From contig CAJXMP010000001.1 in the NCBI GenBank assembly GCA_913056515.1, positions 1-59,415 of the forward strand: 59,415 bases of DNA. Reading direction: 5' to 3'. Every line of letters begins with the position of its first letter. Within the stretch, counting starts at the first letter, position 1. Below the pieces are notes generated by a model, which saw nothing but the letters and a program-made list of their open reading frames with translations, was not told where the DNA came from and did no database searches. The translations under genes and the position numbers were made by a program. The stretch is from an uncultured Lewinella sp. (GTDB taxonomy: Bacteria; Bacteroidota; Bacteroidia; Chitinophagales; Saprospiraceae). Shown in pieces: positions 19,016 through 28,445 of this stretch.

Positions 19016-19966
19016 TTGCACCGATTTAATCGATTTAACTTGGATAGGATAATAGGAACATATACAACTGGACTGGATGGACCACTATTAATTGTAATAG
19101 GTGGAATGCATGGGAATGAGCCTGCTGGAGTGCTCGCTTTGGAGCAACTATTCGATTTGCTCGAATTGGAATCAGAGAAGAATCCAGCCTTTGAGTTTAG
19201 AGGGAAGCTAATAGGTGTTCGAGGAAATATCGCTGCGCTAAAAAATAAGGAACGATTTATCAAAAGAGATTTAAATCGCTCTTGGATACCCAGCCACTTA
19301 GAGCACATTAAATCCCAAGGAGCATCTTTAGATGCAGAGGATAAGGAATTAGTGGAACTATTGAATTGTCTAGAACCTTTTATAACCTCTTCATCCGACC
19401 AAATATGTGTATTGGATATTCATACGACTACAGCACATGGAGGTATATTTTCTATTCCAAACGGAAGCACTAGAAGTTTAGAGCTTGCCAAAGCTATGCA
19501 TGCCCCTGTTGTGTTAGGTATGATTGAAGGAATTAAAGGAACGTCCTTGCATTATTTCAATCAAGCCAATTGGGGGGATAAGATGACCTCTGTAGTGTTC
19601 GAGGCAGGTCAACACGATGAACCGCTTGCTGTAGATCGATCTATTTCTGCAATCATCTCTTGTCTAAGAGAACTAGGCTGTATCAGATCATCGGATGTAG
19701 AAAGTAAACACGAGGCTATATTAAAAACTTATGCAAAAGGACTTCCTACCATCACGCAATTGATCTATACCCATAGTATTTCACCAGACGACCAATTTGT
19801 TATGGAGCCTGGCTTTTTGAATTTTCAATCTATTGAACCTGGAACGGTTTTAGCAAGAGATATCAATGGACCTGTAATAGCCCAAGAGTCAGGTATGGTA
19901 CTTATGCCGCTTTATCAAAAACAGGGTGAAGATGGATTTTTCTTAGTACAACCAGTTGAATATTAA
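19016..19966 (+). CDS. Succinylglutamate desuccinylase/aspartoacylase (AstE/AspA, M14-like) family protein
   Basis: GGMHGNEPAG zinc-ligand motif and DIHTTT. TTG start, with no in-frame ATG upstream. Confidence 0.75.
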   Translation: MHRFNRFNLDRIIGTYTTGLDGPLLIVIGGMHGNEPAGVLALEQLFDLLELESEKNPAFEFRGKLIGVRGNIAALKNKERFIKRDLNRSWIPSHLEHIKSQGASLDAEDKELVELLNCLEPFITSSSDQICVLDIHTTTAHGGIFSIPNGSTRSLELAKAMHAPVVLGMIEGIKGTSLHYFNQANWGDKMTSVVFEAGQHDEPLAVDRSISAIISCLRELGCIRSSDVESKHEAILKTYAKGLPTITQLIYTHSISPDDQFVMEPGFLNFQSIEPGTVLARDINGPVIAQESGMVLMPLYQKQGEDGFFLVQPVEY

Positions 19967-20451
19967 ACGCTAGCGCTGTTTAAGGCATCGATGACTGTTT
20001 TTAGTCCGATGATCATAATCTCCTTACCTTCTTTAGAGAATTGAAAGCTGTCTGCCTCGTCTTCATCTTCAATGATAGAATCTTCTACCAGTGCAAGTAG
20101 GTCTTCTTGTGGATAGTTTAAGAAAAATGGATCCATTTTTTCTGTGAATGTTTTGCCACTGGCTTCATTCCATATTTCCCAGTTTTCTTCTTCAAAGCCG
20201 CCAATCGAATCTTGTGGAATAGGTTCTATATCTGGATTGACTTCATCAAAAGCCTTAAAAATGAGTAAGGCGAGGTACAAGAAGATTTCTTGTTCTTCCT
20301 CTTTGAGGAAGGAAAAACTGTCTGAAAACAGGTAAGCGTAAAGCATTTCTTGCTTGCTAGTAAAGATCTCAGTAGTCTTTTTTTCTGCTTTAGGACTTTG
20401 CTCAAAGGCTAACATAGCCCCTTCAATGATTTGTTCTCCAACAAAATTCAT
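19963..20451 (-). CDS. Hypothetical acidic protein
   Basis: 162-aa ORF, very D/E-rich. I recognise no family. Confidence 0.5.
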   Translation of the reverse strand: MNFVGEQIIEGAMLAFEQSPKAEKKTTEIFTSKQEMLYAYLFSDSFSFLKEEEQEIFLYLALLIFKAFDEVNPDIEPIPQDSIGGFEEENWEIWNEASGKTFTEKMDPFFLNYPQEDLLALVEDSIIEDEDEADSFQFSKEGKEIMIIGLKTVIDALNSASV

Positions 20452-20530
20452 GTAGTCTTTTTTGATGTGCTTTTGAATATTTTGTAAAGATACGTTTTCT
20501 TGTGCTTAACGCGTAAAATTCAATGTAGAT

Positions 20531-21502
20531 ATGCAATTGGTTGAAAGTAGGAAAGAGGGGCTCTATTGTACGGTTGGAGATTTTTATATCGATCCTATTT
20601 TACCTGTAAAAAAGGCATGGATTACGCACGCACATGCAGACCACTATTGCTCTGGCTGTGAAGCGTACTTTGGGCATGATCAAACTATTTATTTTTTGAA
20701 AAAAAGAATAGGTCGAATTGCTCCTATGACTGGTATTCCCTACGGTGTAAAAAGATCTATTAATGGTGTTGAAATCTCTTTACATAGCGCAGGACATATT
20801 CCTGGATCTGCTTTAATCAGATTGGAATATCAGGGTGAAGTTTGGGTGATTACGGGAGATTTAAATCCCCCAGGTAGTGTCTGTTGTGCCCCATTTGAAC
20901 AGCTACAATGTGATCATTTAATCACTGAATGTACCTTTTCCCATCCAAAGTTTGTTTGGCCAGCCCAGGACCTTGTTTTTAATCAGGTTCAAGATTGGTT
21001 TAAGGCCTGTATAAACCAGCAGGTGGCGCCTATTTTGACAGCTTATAGCTTGGGTAAAGCTCAAAAGGTTCAGCTCATGTGTCAAACATTAGGTATCCCA
21101 TATATGGTGCATCAAACCGTTGAAAAATTCAATCAATGTTATAGAGATTTAGGCTTTGAGATTCCTTTTGCTTCTATTGTAAAAGATGGGATACAGCCTA
21201 GGCATTATGCAGGGCAGCTCATCATTGCACCCCCAACCGTTTTAAAAACGGCTTGGCTGTATAGATTTAATCAAGTGTCCACCGCTTTGTGTTCGGGCTG
21301 GGTGTTGCAGGAGGGAATGGTGCAAAAACGAGGTGCAAATGTAGGGTTTTGCATTTCTGACCATGCTGATTTTCCAGACTTGGTAAGGCATATTAAACGA
21401 AGTCAAGCAGATGTTGTTTATTTGATGCATGGTGATAAAGCTAGAATGGCGAGCCATTTGGGTGATTTTCATTCGAATATTAAACTATTAGAATACCAAT
21501 AA
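20531..21502 (+). CDS. MBL-fold exonuclease of the ligase-associated DNA damage response type
   Basis: N-terminus GLYCTVGDFYIDPILPVKKAWITHAHADH and C-terminal ISDHADFPDL...YLMHG match my memory of the ligase-associated exonuclease family (about 330 aa). Confidence 0.65.
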   Translation: MQLVESRKEGLYCTVGDFYIDPILPVKKAWITHAHADHYCSGCEAYFGHDQTIYFLKKRIGRIAPMTGIPYGVKRSINGVEISLHSAGHIPGSALIRLEYQGEVWVITGDLNPPGSVCCAPFEQLQCDHLITECTFSHPKFVWPAQDLVFNQVQDWFKACINQQVAPILTAYSLGKAQKVQLMCQTLGIPYMVHQTVEKFNQCYRDLGFEIPFASIVKDGIQPRHYAGQLIIAPPTVLKTAWLYRFNQVSTALCSGWVLQEGMVQKRGANVGFCISDHADFPDLVRHIKRSQADVVYLMHGDKARMASHLGDFHSNIKLLEYQ

Positions 21503-21528
21503 TAGGATTGGATTATTACAATTTTAGG

Positions 21529-21552
21529 AAGGACAAAGTGTTGTCCTTTTGT
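21529..21552 (+). terminator. Rho-independent terminator after the MBL exonuclease gene
   Basis: AAGGACAA-agtg-TTGTCCTT followed by TTTGT. Confidence 0.6.
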
Positions 21553-21559
21553 ATCTTTG
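21552..21559 (+). promoter_or_regulatory. -7 promoter box (TATCTTTG) for the mqn/PNP/uvrA gene run
   Basis: Exact TAnnTTTG match, 27 nt upstream of the ATG at 21586. Confidence 0.4.
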
Positions 21560-21585
21560 TAAGCTAATTGGAACAAATCGTAAAA

Positions 21586-22728
21586 ATGCAAGTAGAGGAA
21601 TTATTACAGCGTGCGTTGAACTTAGAGTTTCTGAGTACTGAGGAGGGGGTGTTTTTGTTTGAACAGGCAAATACGGCTGATTTAGTTTATGTAGGGAATG
21701 CCTTAAGACAAAAGCATAGGCCAGACAATATAGTCAGTTGGATAATTGATCGGAATTCAAATACAACCAATGTCTGTATTGCCAATTGTAAGTTTTGTAA
21801 TTTTTACAGAAGGCCAGGCCATGATGAAGCGTATGTAACTAGTATTGAGTCTTACAAACAAAAGATTGAGGAAACATTTGCTTATGGTGGCGAACAGCTC
21901 TTATTGCAAGGGGGGCATCACCCTGATTTAGGCTTACAGTATTATGTAGACTTATTTAGTGAGCTCAAGGAATTATATCCAAATTTGAAACTTCATGCGC
22001 TAGGTCCACCGGAAATTGCACACATAGCAAAACTAGACAAACTATCCCATACGGAAGTCTTAAGTGCGCTTAAGGAAGCTGGTTTAGATTCACTTCCTGG
22101 CGCAGGTGCTGAAATACTTTCCGATAGAGTTAGACGATTAATTTCAAAAGGTAAATGTGGAGGAGAGGAATGGTTGGATGTGATGAGAGCAGCACACCAG
22201 TTAAACATTACTACGTCTGCAACCATGATGTTTGGTCATATTGAGACAAATACGGAGCGGATGGATCATTTGGTTCGTTTACGTGAGGTACAAGCAGAAA
22301 AACCAACTGACGCAAAAGGATTTTTGGCCTTTATTCCATGGCCTTTTCAGGATGAAGACACCATCCTCAAACGGATTAAACGGGCAAGGAATACATGTAC
22401 AGGAGATGAGTATCTAAGAATGATTGCGATGTCCCGTATTATGTTACCAAACGTAAAAAATATACAGGCTTCTTGGTTGACAGTAGGCAAGAAAATTGGC
22501 CAATTATCGCTACATGCGGGTGCCAATGATTTTGGTTCGATTATGATTGAAGAAAATGTAGTTTCAGCAGCTGGAGCTAGATTTAGATTCACTGCCCAAG
22601 GTATTCAAGACGCCATTAAAGAAGCAGGTTTCGAACCTAGGTTGCGAAACCAACAATATGAATATAGGGAGCTACCTGAACACATGAAGCAGCAGGAATT
22701 GGATGGAACCAACATGATAGTCGATTAA
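21586..22728 (+). CDS. MqnC/MqnE (CofH-like) radical SAM enzyme of futalosine-pathway menaquinone biosynthesis
   Basis: Cluster motif CIANCKFCNFY. GLDSLPGAGAEIL and ATMMFGHIET are typical of this family. I cannot separate MqnC from MqnE by eye. The ORF-track TTG start at 21568 is less likely than the ATG at 21586. Confidence 0.8.
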   Translation: MQVEELLQRALNLEFLSTEEGVFLFEQANTADLVYVGNALRQKHRPDNIVSWIIDRNSNTTNVCIANCKFCNFYRRPGHDEAYVTSIESYKQKIEETFAYGGEQLLLQGGHHPDLGLQYYVDLFSELKELYPNLKLHALGPPEIAHIAKLDKLSHTEVLSALKEAGLDSLPGAGAEILSDRVRRLISKGKCGGEEWLDVMRAAHQLNITTSATMMFGHIETNTERMDHLVRLREVQAEKPTDAKGFLAFIPWPFQDEDTILKRIKRARNTCTGDEYLRMIAMSRIMLPNVKNIQASWLTVGKKIGQLSLHAGANDFGSIMIEENVVSAAGARFRFTAQGIQDAIKEAGFEPRLRNQQYEYRELPEHMKQQELDGTNMIVD

Positions 22729-22729
22729 A

Positions 22730-23557
22730 ATGGATGGATTATTTGAGCAGATAGAAGTAGCTAAAGCTTTTTTAGAGCCGTATAAAGCTGATGCTTGTAC
22801 TTTAGGGATTATACTTGGAACGGGCTTAGGAACTTTGACTAAGGATATGAAAATTCATCACCGGATTCCTTATCATGAAATACCTCATTTTCCAGTCTCC
22901 ACCGTTGAATCTCATGCTGGAGAATTATTATTTGCTACTCTAAACAATGTTCCTGTGATCGCCTTAGCTGGACGGTTCCATTATTATGAAGGTTATTCAG
23001 CTCAAGAATTGACTTTTCCTATTAGGGTATTGAAATCCCTTGGGGTACAGACACTTTTGATCTCAAATGCTGCGGGAAGCACTCGTGCAGACTTAGAAGC
23101 GGGAGACTTAGTACTGATTAAGGATCATATCAATTTGCATCCAGATAATCCCTTGAGAGGTCGTAATGATGATCGATTGGGTTTGCGATTTCCAGACATG
23201 ATGCATGCTTATGCTCCAAGGTTAAGGTCTATGGCCAAAGAACTTGGAAAGGATTTGGATATTGAGCTAAAGGAGGGTGTTTATGTAGGACTTCAAGGAC
23301 CTAATTTAGAAACGCCCGCAGAGTATAATTTTATAAACATTATTGGAGGAGATCTTGTTGGTATGTCTACAGTTCCTGAAGTGCTGGTTGCGCGTCATGC
23401 AAATATGGAAGTGCTTGCCATATCGGTTGTTTCAAATAAATGTTTCCCTATTGAGTCCCTCACAGAAACCACTTTAGAGGAAGTGATTGAAGTAGTAGAA
23501 AAGGCGAGTATTAAGCTGACTAAACTAGTTTTTAATCTAGTAAACAAATTGATGTAA
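22730..23557 (+). CDS. Purine nucleoside phosphorylase (PunA/PNP family 2)
   Basis: GRFHYYEGY, LISNAAGS and VGMSTVPEV motifs. The start is 1 nt after the previous stop. Confidence 0.88.
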   Translation: MDGLFEQIEVAKAFLEPYKADACTLGIILGTGLGTLTKDMKIHHRIPYHEIPHFPVSTVESHAGELLFATLNNVPVIALAGRFHYYEGYSAQELTFPIRVLKSLGVQTLLISNAAGSTRADLEAGDLVLIKDHINLHPDNPLRGRNDDRLGLRFPDMMHAYAPRLRSMAKELGKDLDIELKEGVYVGLQGPNLETPAEYNFINIIGGDLVGMSTVPEVLVARHANMEVLAISVVSNKCFPIESLTETTLEEVIEVVEKASIKLTKLVFNLVNKLM

Positions 23558-23572
23558 TTATATTTCTGAGCC

Positions 23573-26404
23573 ATGGCAGAAGACATCCTATTAGAAGATA
23601 CAATCAAAATCATAGGTGCTAAGGAGCACAACTTAAAAGATATTGATATTGATATTCCACGAAATAAATTAGTGGTTATCACTGGTGTTAGTGGCTCTGG
23701 AAAATCTTCTTTGGCCTTCGATACTATATATGCCGAAGGGCAACGCCGTTACATGGAAACCTTTTCCGCGTATGCCCGTCAGTTCATTGGAGACATGGAA
23801 AGACCAGATGTAGAGCAAATCACTGGTCTAAGTCCCGTAATATCCATAGAGCAAAAGACTACTAGTAAGAATCCTCGTTCCACGGTTGGAACCGTAACCG
23901 AGATTTATGATTTCATGCGATTGCTTTTTGCAAGAGTAGCGGATGCATATTCCTATGAAACTGGGGAGAAAATGGTTCGCTATACAGAAGAGCAAATGTT
24001 AGAAGAAATCATGACTCGATTCTCTAATAAAAAGATATTGTTATTATCTCCTTTAGTTCGTGGTCGGAAAGGGCATTACAGAGAATTATTTGAGTCTGTA
24101 CGAAAGCAAGGATATACTAAAGTGCGGATCGATGGCGAAATTCAAGATTTAGAAGTAGGCCTTCAGGTGGATCGGTATAAGGTGCATGACATTGAATTGA
24201 TTGTAGATCGGATTAAACTTGCTGCAGATAAGGAAGATCGCTTTAGGTCTTCTATGAAACTAGCTTTAAAAATGGGAAATGGTCTTTTATTCATAAAAGA
24301 CTTAGAGGAAGATAAAATGTTTAGTTTCTCTAAACATCTAATGGATCCCGTAACAGGTATTTCATACGAAGAACCTAGCCCGAATTCCTTCTCTTTTAAT
24401 TCCCCTTATGGTGCTTGTCCCTCTTGTAATGGCCTGGGAAAGGTCAATGCTATTGATTATGACAAGGTGATTCCTGATGATTCCAAGAGCATTAATGATG
24501 GTGGTATAAAGCCTATTGGAGAAGTAAGAGACAATCTAACGTTTAAGCAATTGCGTTTGATTGCTAAAAAATATGGTTTCACCTTTAGTACGCCCTTGAA
24601 AGATATTCCAGAGGAAGCTATGAATATCATCATGAATGGCGGGGGAAGTTTAGGGTTTAAAAACTACTCTAAATCTAAAAACGACTTTGTATTTAACCTA
24701 GCAGAGGAAGGTTTATTGAATATGCTTAAGCGCTGGTATGGAGAGTCTACTTCTGAAAAAACCAGAACTTGGGCAGAGGAGTTTATGATTGTTGACACCT
24801 GTCCAGATTGCGATGGGCATCGATTGAAAAGAGAAAGCTTACATTTCAAAATTAATGAAAAGCACATCGGACATTTAACCCAAATGGATGTCCAAGAACT
24901 ATTTGATTGGATGCAGGAAGCTGAATCATCCTTGGAAGATCGCAAGCGTTTGATTGCTCAAGAAATAATTAAGGAAATTCGATTAAGACTAGGGTTTTTG
25001 CTGCATGTAGGTTTGGATTATTTATCCATGGATAGACCTGCTAGGACATTAAGTGGAGGGGAGTCACAGCGGATACGGTTGGCTACTCAAATTGGATCAC
25101 AATTAACCGGAATTACATACATTCTGGACGAACCGAGCATTGGTCTACACCAACGGGACAATCACAAGTTGATTCAATCCTTGCGAGAGTTATCAGATAT
25201 AGGGAACACGGTCATAGTGGTAGAGCATGATAAGGATATTATGTTGGCATCAGATTTTCTAGTTGATTTGGGACCTGGTGCAGGAAAGTATGGTGGTGAA
25301 ATTGTCAATCAAGGAATACCGGAAACTTTCAAAAACGACCGATCAGAAACCTCTCGTTTTCTGGCTGATTTAGAGCAAATAGAGGTGCCCAAAGTCCGTA
25401 GAAAAGGAAACGGCAAGCATTTGAAACTAACTGGTGCAACAGGCAATAATCTGAAAGGCGTAGATTTAAAAATCCCATTGGGTACATTTACTATTATATC
25501 AGGGGTCTCAGGGTCTGGAAAGTCAACCCTAATCAATGAAACACTGTATCCTATTTTAAGGCAGCATTTTTATAACAGTATCAAAAAACCAATGCCTTAT
25601 AAAGCCATAAAAGGTATTGAGCATATTGATAAGGTCATTGAAATTGATCAGGCGCCAATTGGACGAACTCCTAGATCAAATCCTGCAACTTATACTGGTG
25701 TATTTAATGATATACGTAAACTCTTTTCTGATCATCCAGAAGCTAAGATCAGAGGTTACAAACCTGGGCGTTTTTCATTTAATGTGAAAGGTGGAAGATG
25801 TGAGACTTGTAAGGGAGGCGGAAAACGTGTGATTGAGATGAATTTCCTTCCTGATGTATATATTGATTGTGAGGATTGTTTAGGAAGACGATATAATCGA
25901 GAAACTCTAGAGATCCTTTTTAAGGGTAAATCAATTAATGATGTACTCGACATGAATGTAACAGAAGCTTGTGCCTTCTTTGAAAATATTCCTAAGATTT
26001 ATCGTAAACTCAAGACTTTGAAGGATGTAGGTTTAGGGTATATTTCTTTAGGTCAACAAGCTACTACGCTTTCAGGAGGTGAAGCTCAGCGTGTTAAACT
26101 GGCAGAAGAATTGTCGAAGCGAGACACGGGGAATACCTTGTATATTTTAGATGAGCCAACTACCGGCTTACATTTTTCTGATGTCAAGCAACTTTTATCT
26201 GTACTTCAAAAATTGGTAGACAAGGGTAATACTATTGTGGTCATTGAACATAATATGGATATGATCAAAACAGCAGATTATATTGTTGATATAGGTCCCG
26301 AAGGTGGACATGGTGGTGGACAGATCATAGCGGAGGGTACTCCGGAACAAATAATTAAAAAAAATAAAGGCTATACAGCTGAATATCTCAAGATTGAGCT
26401 GTAA
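23573..26404 (+). CDS. uvrA: Excinuclease ABC subunit A
   Basis: 943 aa with two ABC modules (GVSGSGKSS twice, LSGGESQR / LSGGEAQR) and zinc-finger Cys clusters. Confidence 0.97.
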   Translation: MAEDILLEDTIKIIGAKEHNLKDIDIDIPRNKLVVITGVSGSGKSSLAFDTIYAEGQRRYMETFSAYARQFIGDMERPDVEQITGLSPVISIEQKTTSKNPRSTVGTVTEIYDFMRLLFARVADAYSYETGEKMVRYTEEQMLEEIMTRFSNKKILLLSPLVRGRKGHYRELFESVRKQGYTKVRIDGEIQDLEVGLQVDRYKVHDIELIVDRIKLAADKEDRFRSSMKLALKMGNGLLFIKDLEEDKMFSFSKHLMDPVTGISYEEPSPNSFSFNSPYGACPSCNGLGKVNAIDYDKVIPDDSKSINDGGIKPIGEVRDNLTFKQLRLIAKKYGFTFSTPLKDIPEEAMNIIMNGGGSLGFKNYSKSKNDFVFNLAEEGLLNMLKRWYGESTSEKTRTWAEEFMIVDTCPDCDGHRLKRESLHFKINEKHIGHLTQMDVQELFDWMQEAESSLEDRKRLIAQEIIKEIRLRLGFLLHVGLDYLSMDRPARTLSGGESQRIRLATQIGSQLTGITYILDEPSIGLHQRDNHKLIQSLRELSDIGNTVIVVEHDKDIMLASDFLVDLGPGAGKYGGEIVNQGIPETFKNDRSETSRFLADLEQIEVPKVRRKGNGKHLKLTGATGNNLKGVDLKIPLGTFTIISGVSGSGKSTLINETLYPILRQHFYNSIKKPMPYKAIKGIEHIDKVIEIDQAPIGRTPRSNPATYTGVFNDIRKLFSDHPEAKIRGYKPGRFSFNVKGGRCETCKGGGKRVIEMNFLPDVYIDCEDCLGRRYNRETLEILFKGKSINDVLDMNVTEACAFFENIPKIYRKLKTLKDVGLGYISLGQQATTLSGGEAQRVKLAEELSKRDTGNTLYILDEPTTGLHFSDVKQLLSVLQKLVDKGNTIVVIEHNMDMIKTADYIVDIGPEGGHGGGQIIAEGTPEQIIKKNKGYTAEYLKIEL

Positions 26405-26521
26405 TTTTCCACTGCTTAGGATTTTTTAAATTGTATTGGAATCCTTATTTTAAGTTATTAGTTAGTATTACTTAACCTGTGGAGCTCGTTTTTGATTGTT
26501 TCCACTATTGTTTATTCTTCT

Positions 26522-28045
26522 ATGAAAAAGGTAATCAATAGGGTCTTTAAAACTTATTACACGATCAGAAGTACCCGTTTGAATTACGCACTCAATCATG
26601 CCGAGCGCGTACAACAAGGGTTATTGGAAGAATTAATTTCCAAGGGTAAGTCCACAATATATGGTCAACAGTATCAATTTGACCAAATCAAATCCTACCA
26701 AGATTTCAAACAGCTCGTTCCAATATCTTCTTATACAGATCTTTTCCCATATATCGATCAAATGATGAAGGGGGAGAAAAACGTACTTTGGCCTGGGAAA
26801 ATCCAATGGTATTCCAAATCTTCAGGAACGACAAATGCTAAGAGTAAATATATACCTGTAAGTAAGGAAAACCTGGAGAGCTGCCATATTCGAGGGAATT
26901 GGAACACGATGACATTCTTTTACGATCAAAGGGAAGATGCAAAACAATTTGAAGCGCGTAGTATTGTTATGGGCGGTAGTTTACATTCTTTTGATCAATT
27001 TGAAGATACTCAAATTGGAGACGTGTCAGCTATCATGTTGAAGAATATGCCCAATTTTGCTTGGGCATTTATGTCACCAGGGATGGAGGTGAGTTTGATG
27101 ACTGACTTTGAAGAAAAGATAGAGCGGATGGCTCAAATCACTTCGAAACAGCGCGATATTGTAATGATTGGGGGTGTGCCTACTTGGACCGTGGTGTTAT
27201 TTAAACGGATCCTAGAAATAACAGGAGCATCTAATATGTTGGAGGTCTGGCCGGACTTCCAAGTATACATTCATGGTGGGGTAAGTTTTTTACCTTATGA
27301 GGAACAATTTAAATCTTTCTTTCCAGGGAAGCAGGTGGATTATTTAGAGGTATATAATGCCTCTGAAGGTTTCTTTGCTGCTCAAAATGATTTTTCCTCC
27401 AAAGACATGGCTTTGTTTGTAGACTCTGGGGTGTTTTATGAATTCATCCCCTTTTCAGAGTTGGATAAAGAAAATCCGAAGGCTTATTGCCTAGGGGAGG
27501 TGGAGCTTGGGAAAGATTATGCTATGGCCATCTCTACCAATTCGGGCTTATGGAGGTATATGATAGGGGATTGTGTTCGCTTTACCAGCGTGGCTCCATA
27601 TAAAATACAAATCACAGGACGAACCAAGCAATTTATAAATATATTTGGGGAGGAATTAATGGTTGAAAACGCAGAGCGGGCTTTAGCAGAGGTTTGTAAG
27701 GAATTTGATGTGTTGGTTCGCGATTACACGGTTGCTCCTATATTCTTAGAAGGAAATAATAAAGGAGGCCATGAATGGCTTATTGAATTGGAGGGTGGGC
27801 CCATCGATCAGGCTCAGTTTGAGCAGGCTTTAGATTTAAAATTACAGAGCTTGAATTCTGATTATGAGGCTAAGCGCTTCAATGATATGGCGATGGAGCA
27901 ACTGAAGTTACATTTGCTTCCTGCTGGTTCTTTTGATCGATGGATGCGCAAAAGAAATAAGTTTGGCGGGCAAAATAAAGTGCCACGGCTATCTAATACT
28001 AGGGAACATTTAGAGTCCATCTTAGAACTTTTGGTCAATCATTAG
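26522..28045 (+). CDS. GH3-family (acyl-acid amido synthetase-like adenylating) protein
   Basis: About 510 aa with SSGTT..KYIP near the N-terminus, and the length and layout of bacterial GH3 auxin-responsive-promoter family proteins. The track start is TTG at 26492; ATG at 26522 is preferred. Confidence 0.75.
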   Translation: MKKVINRVFKTYYTIRSTRLNYALNHAERVQQGLLEELISKGKSTIYGQQYQFDQIKSYQDFKQLVPISSYTDLFPYIDQMMKGEKNVLWPGKIQWYSKSSGTTNAKSKYIPVSKENLESCHIRGNWNTMTFFYDQREDAKQFEARSIVMGGSLHSFDQFEDTQIGDVSAIMLKNMPNFAWAFMSPGMEVSLMTDFEEKIERMAQITSKQRDIVMIGGVPTWTVVLFKRILEITGASNMLEVWPDFQVYIHGGVSFLPYEEQFKSFFPGKQVDYLEVYNASEGFFAAQNDFSSKDMALFVDSGVFYEFIPFSELDKENPKAYCLGEVELGKDYAMAISTNSGLWRYMIGDCVRFTSVAPYKIQITGRTKQFINIFGEELMVENAERALAEVCKEFDVLVRDYTVAPIFLEGNNKGGHEWLIELEGGPIDQAQFEQALDLKLQSLNSDYEAKRFNDMAMEQLKLHLLPAGSFDRWMRKRNKFGGQNKVPRLSNTREHLESILELLVNH

Positions 28046-28046
28046 T

Positions 28047-28388
28047 ATGGATGAATTAAGTTTACAGCAAGAAGGTTTTGAATTGATCAGAAAATCTTTT
28101 GATTTAGACTTAGGGGATATTCCAACGTCTAGAGCGGACATGGTTCAAGCTATTGCGGATCGAGTTGCCTATTGGTTGGAATATGATGTGGAACAACTCT
28201 TCTCTTTTTTATATCGAATGGATATTGATCAGTCCAAAGTAGAACATGCTTTAAAGTTGGGCAATGTTGTTCCTGCCAATGTAGGAGTGGCAGAATTGAT
28301 CTTTCAACGGCAATTAGATCGCTTGATGACCAAGAAAAAATATAAGCAGCCGGATATTGAAGATTTGGATGAGGAATTAAGGTATTAA
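28047..28388 (+). CDS. Hypothetical protein, 113 aa
   Basis: ORF starting 1 nt after the GH3-family stop. I recognise no family. Confidence 0.55.
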   Translation: MDELSLQQEGFELIRKSFDLDLGDIPTSRADMVQAIADRVAYWLEYDVEQLFSFLYRMDIDQSKVEHALKLGNVVPANVGVAELIFQRQLDRLMTKKKYKQPDIEDLDEELRY

Positions 28389-28413
28389 AAAAAGGGAAGC
28401 CTTACGACTTCCC
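28387..28413 (-). terminator. Terminator hairpin for the minus-strand gene 28446..29186
   Basis: The minus strand reads GGGAAG-tcgtaagg-CTTCCC followed by TTTTTTT. Confidence 0.6.
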
Positions 28414-28445
28414 GACTTAAACTAATCACTACCTATTAATTATTG

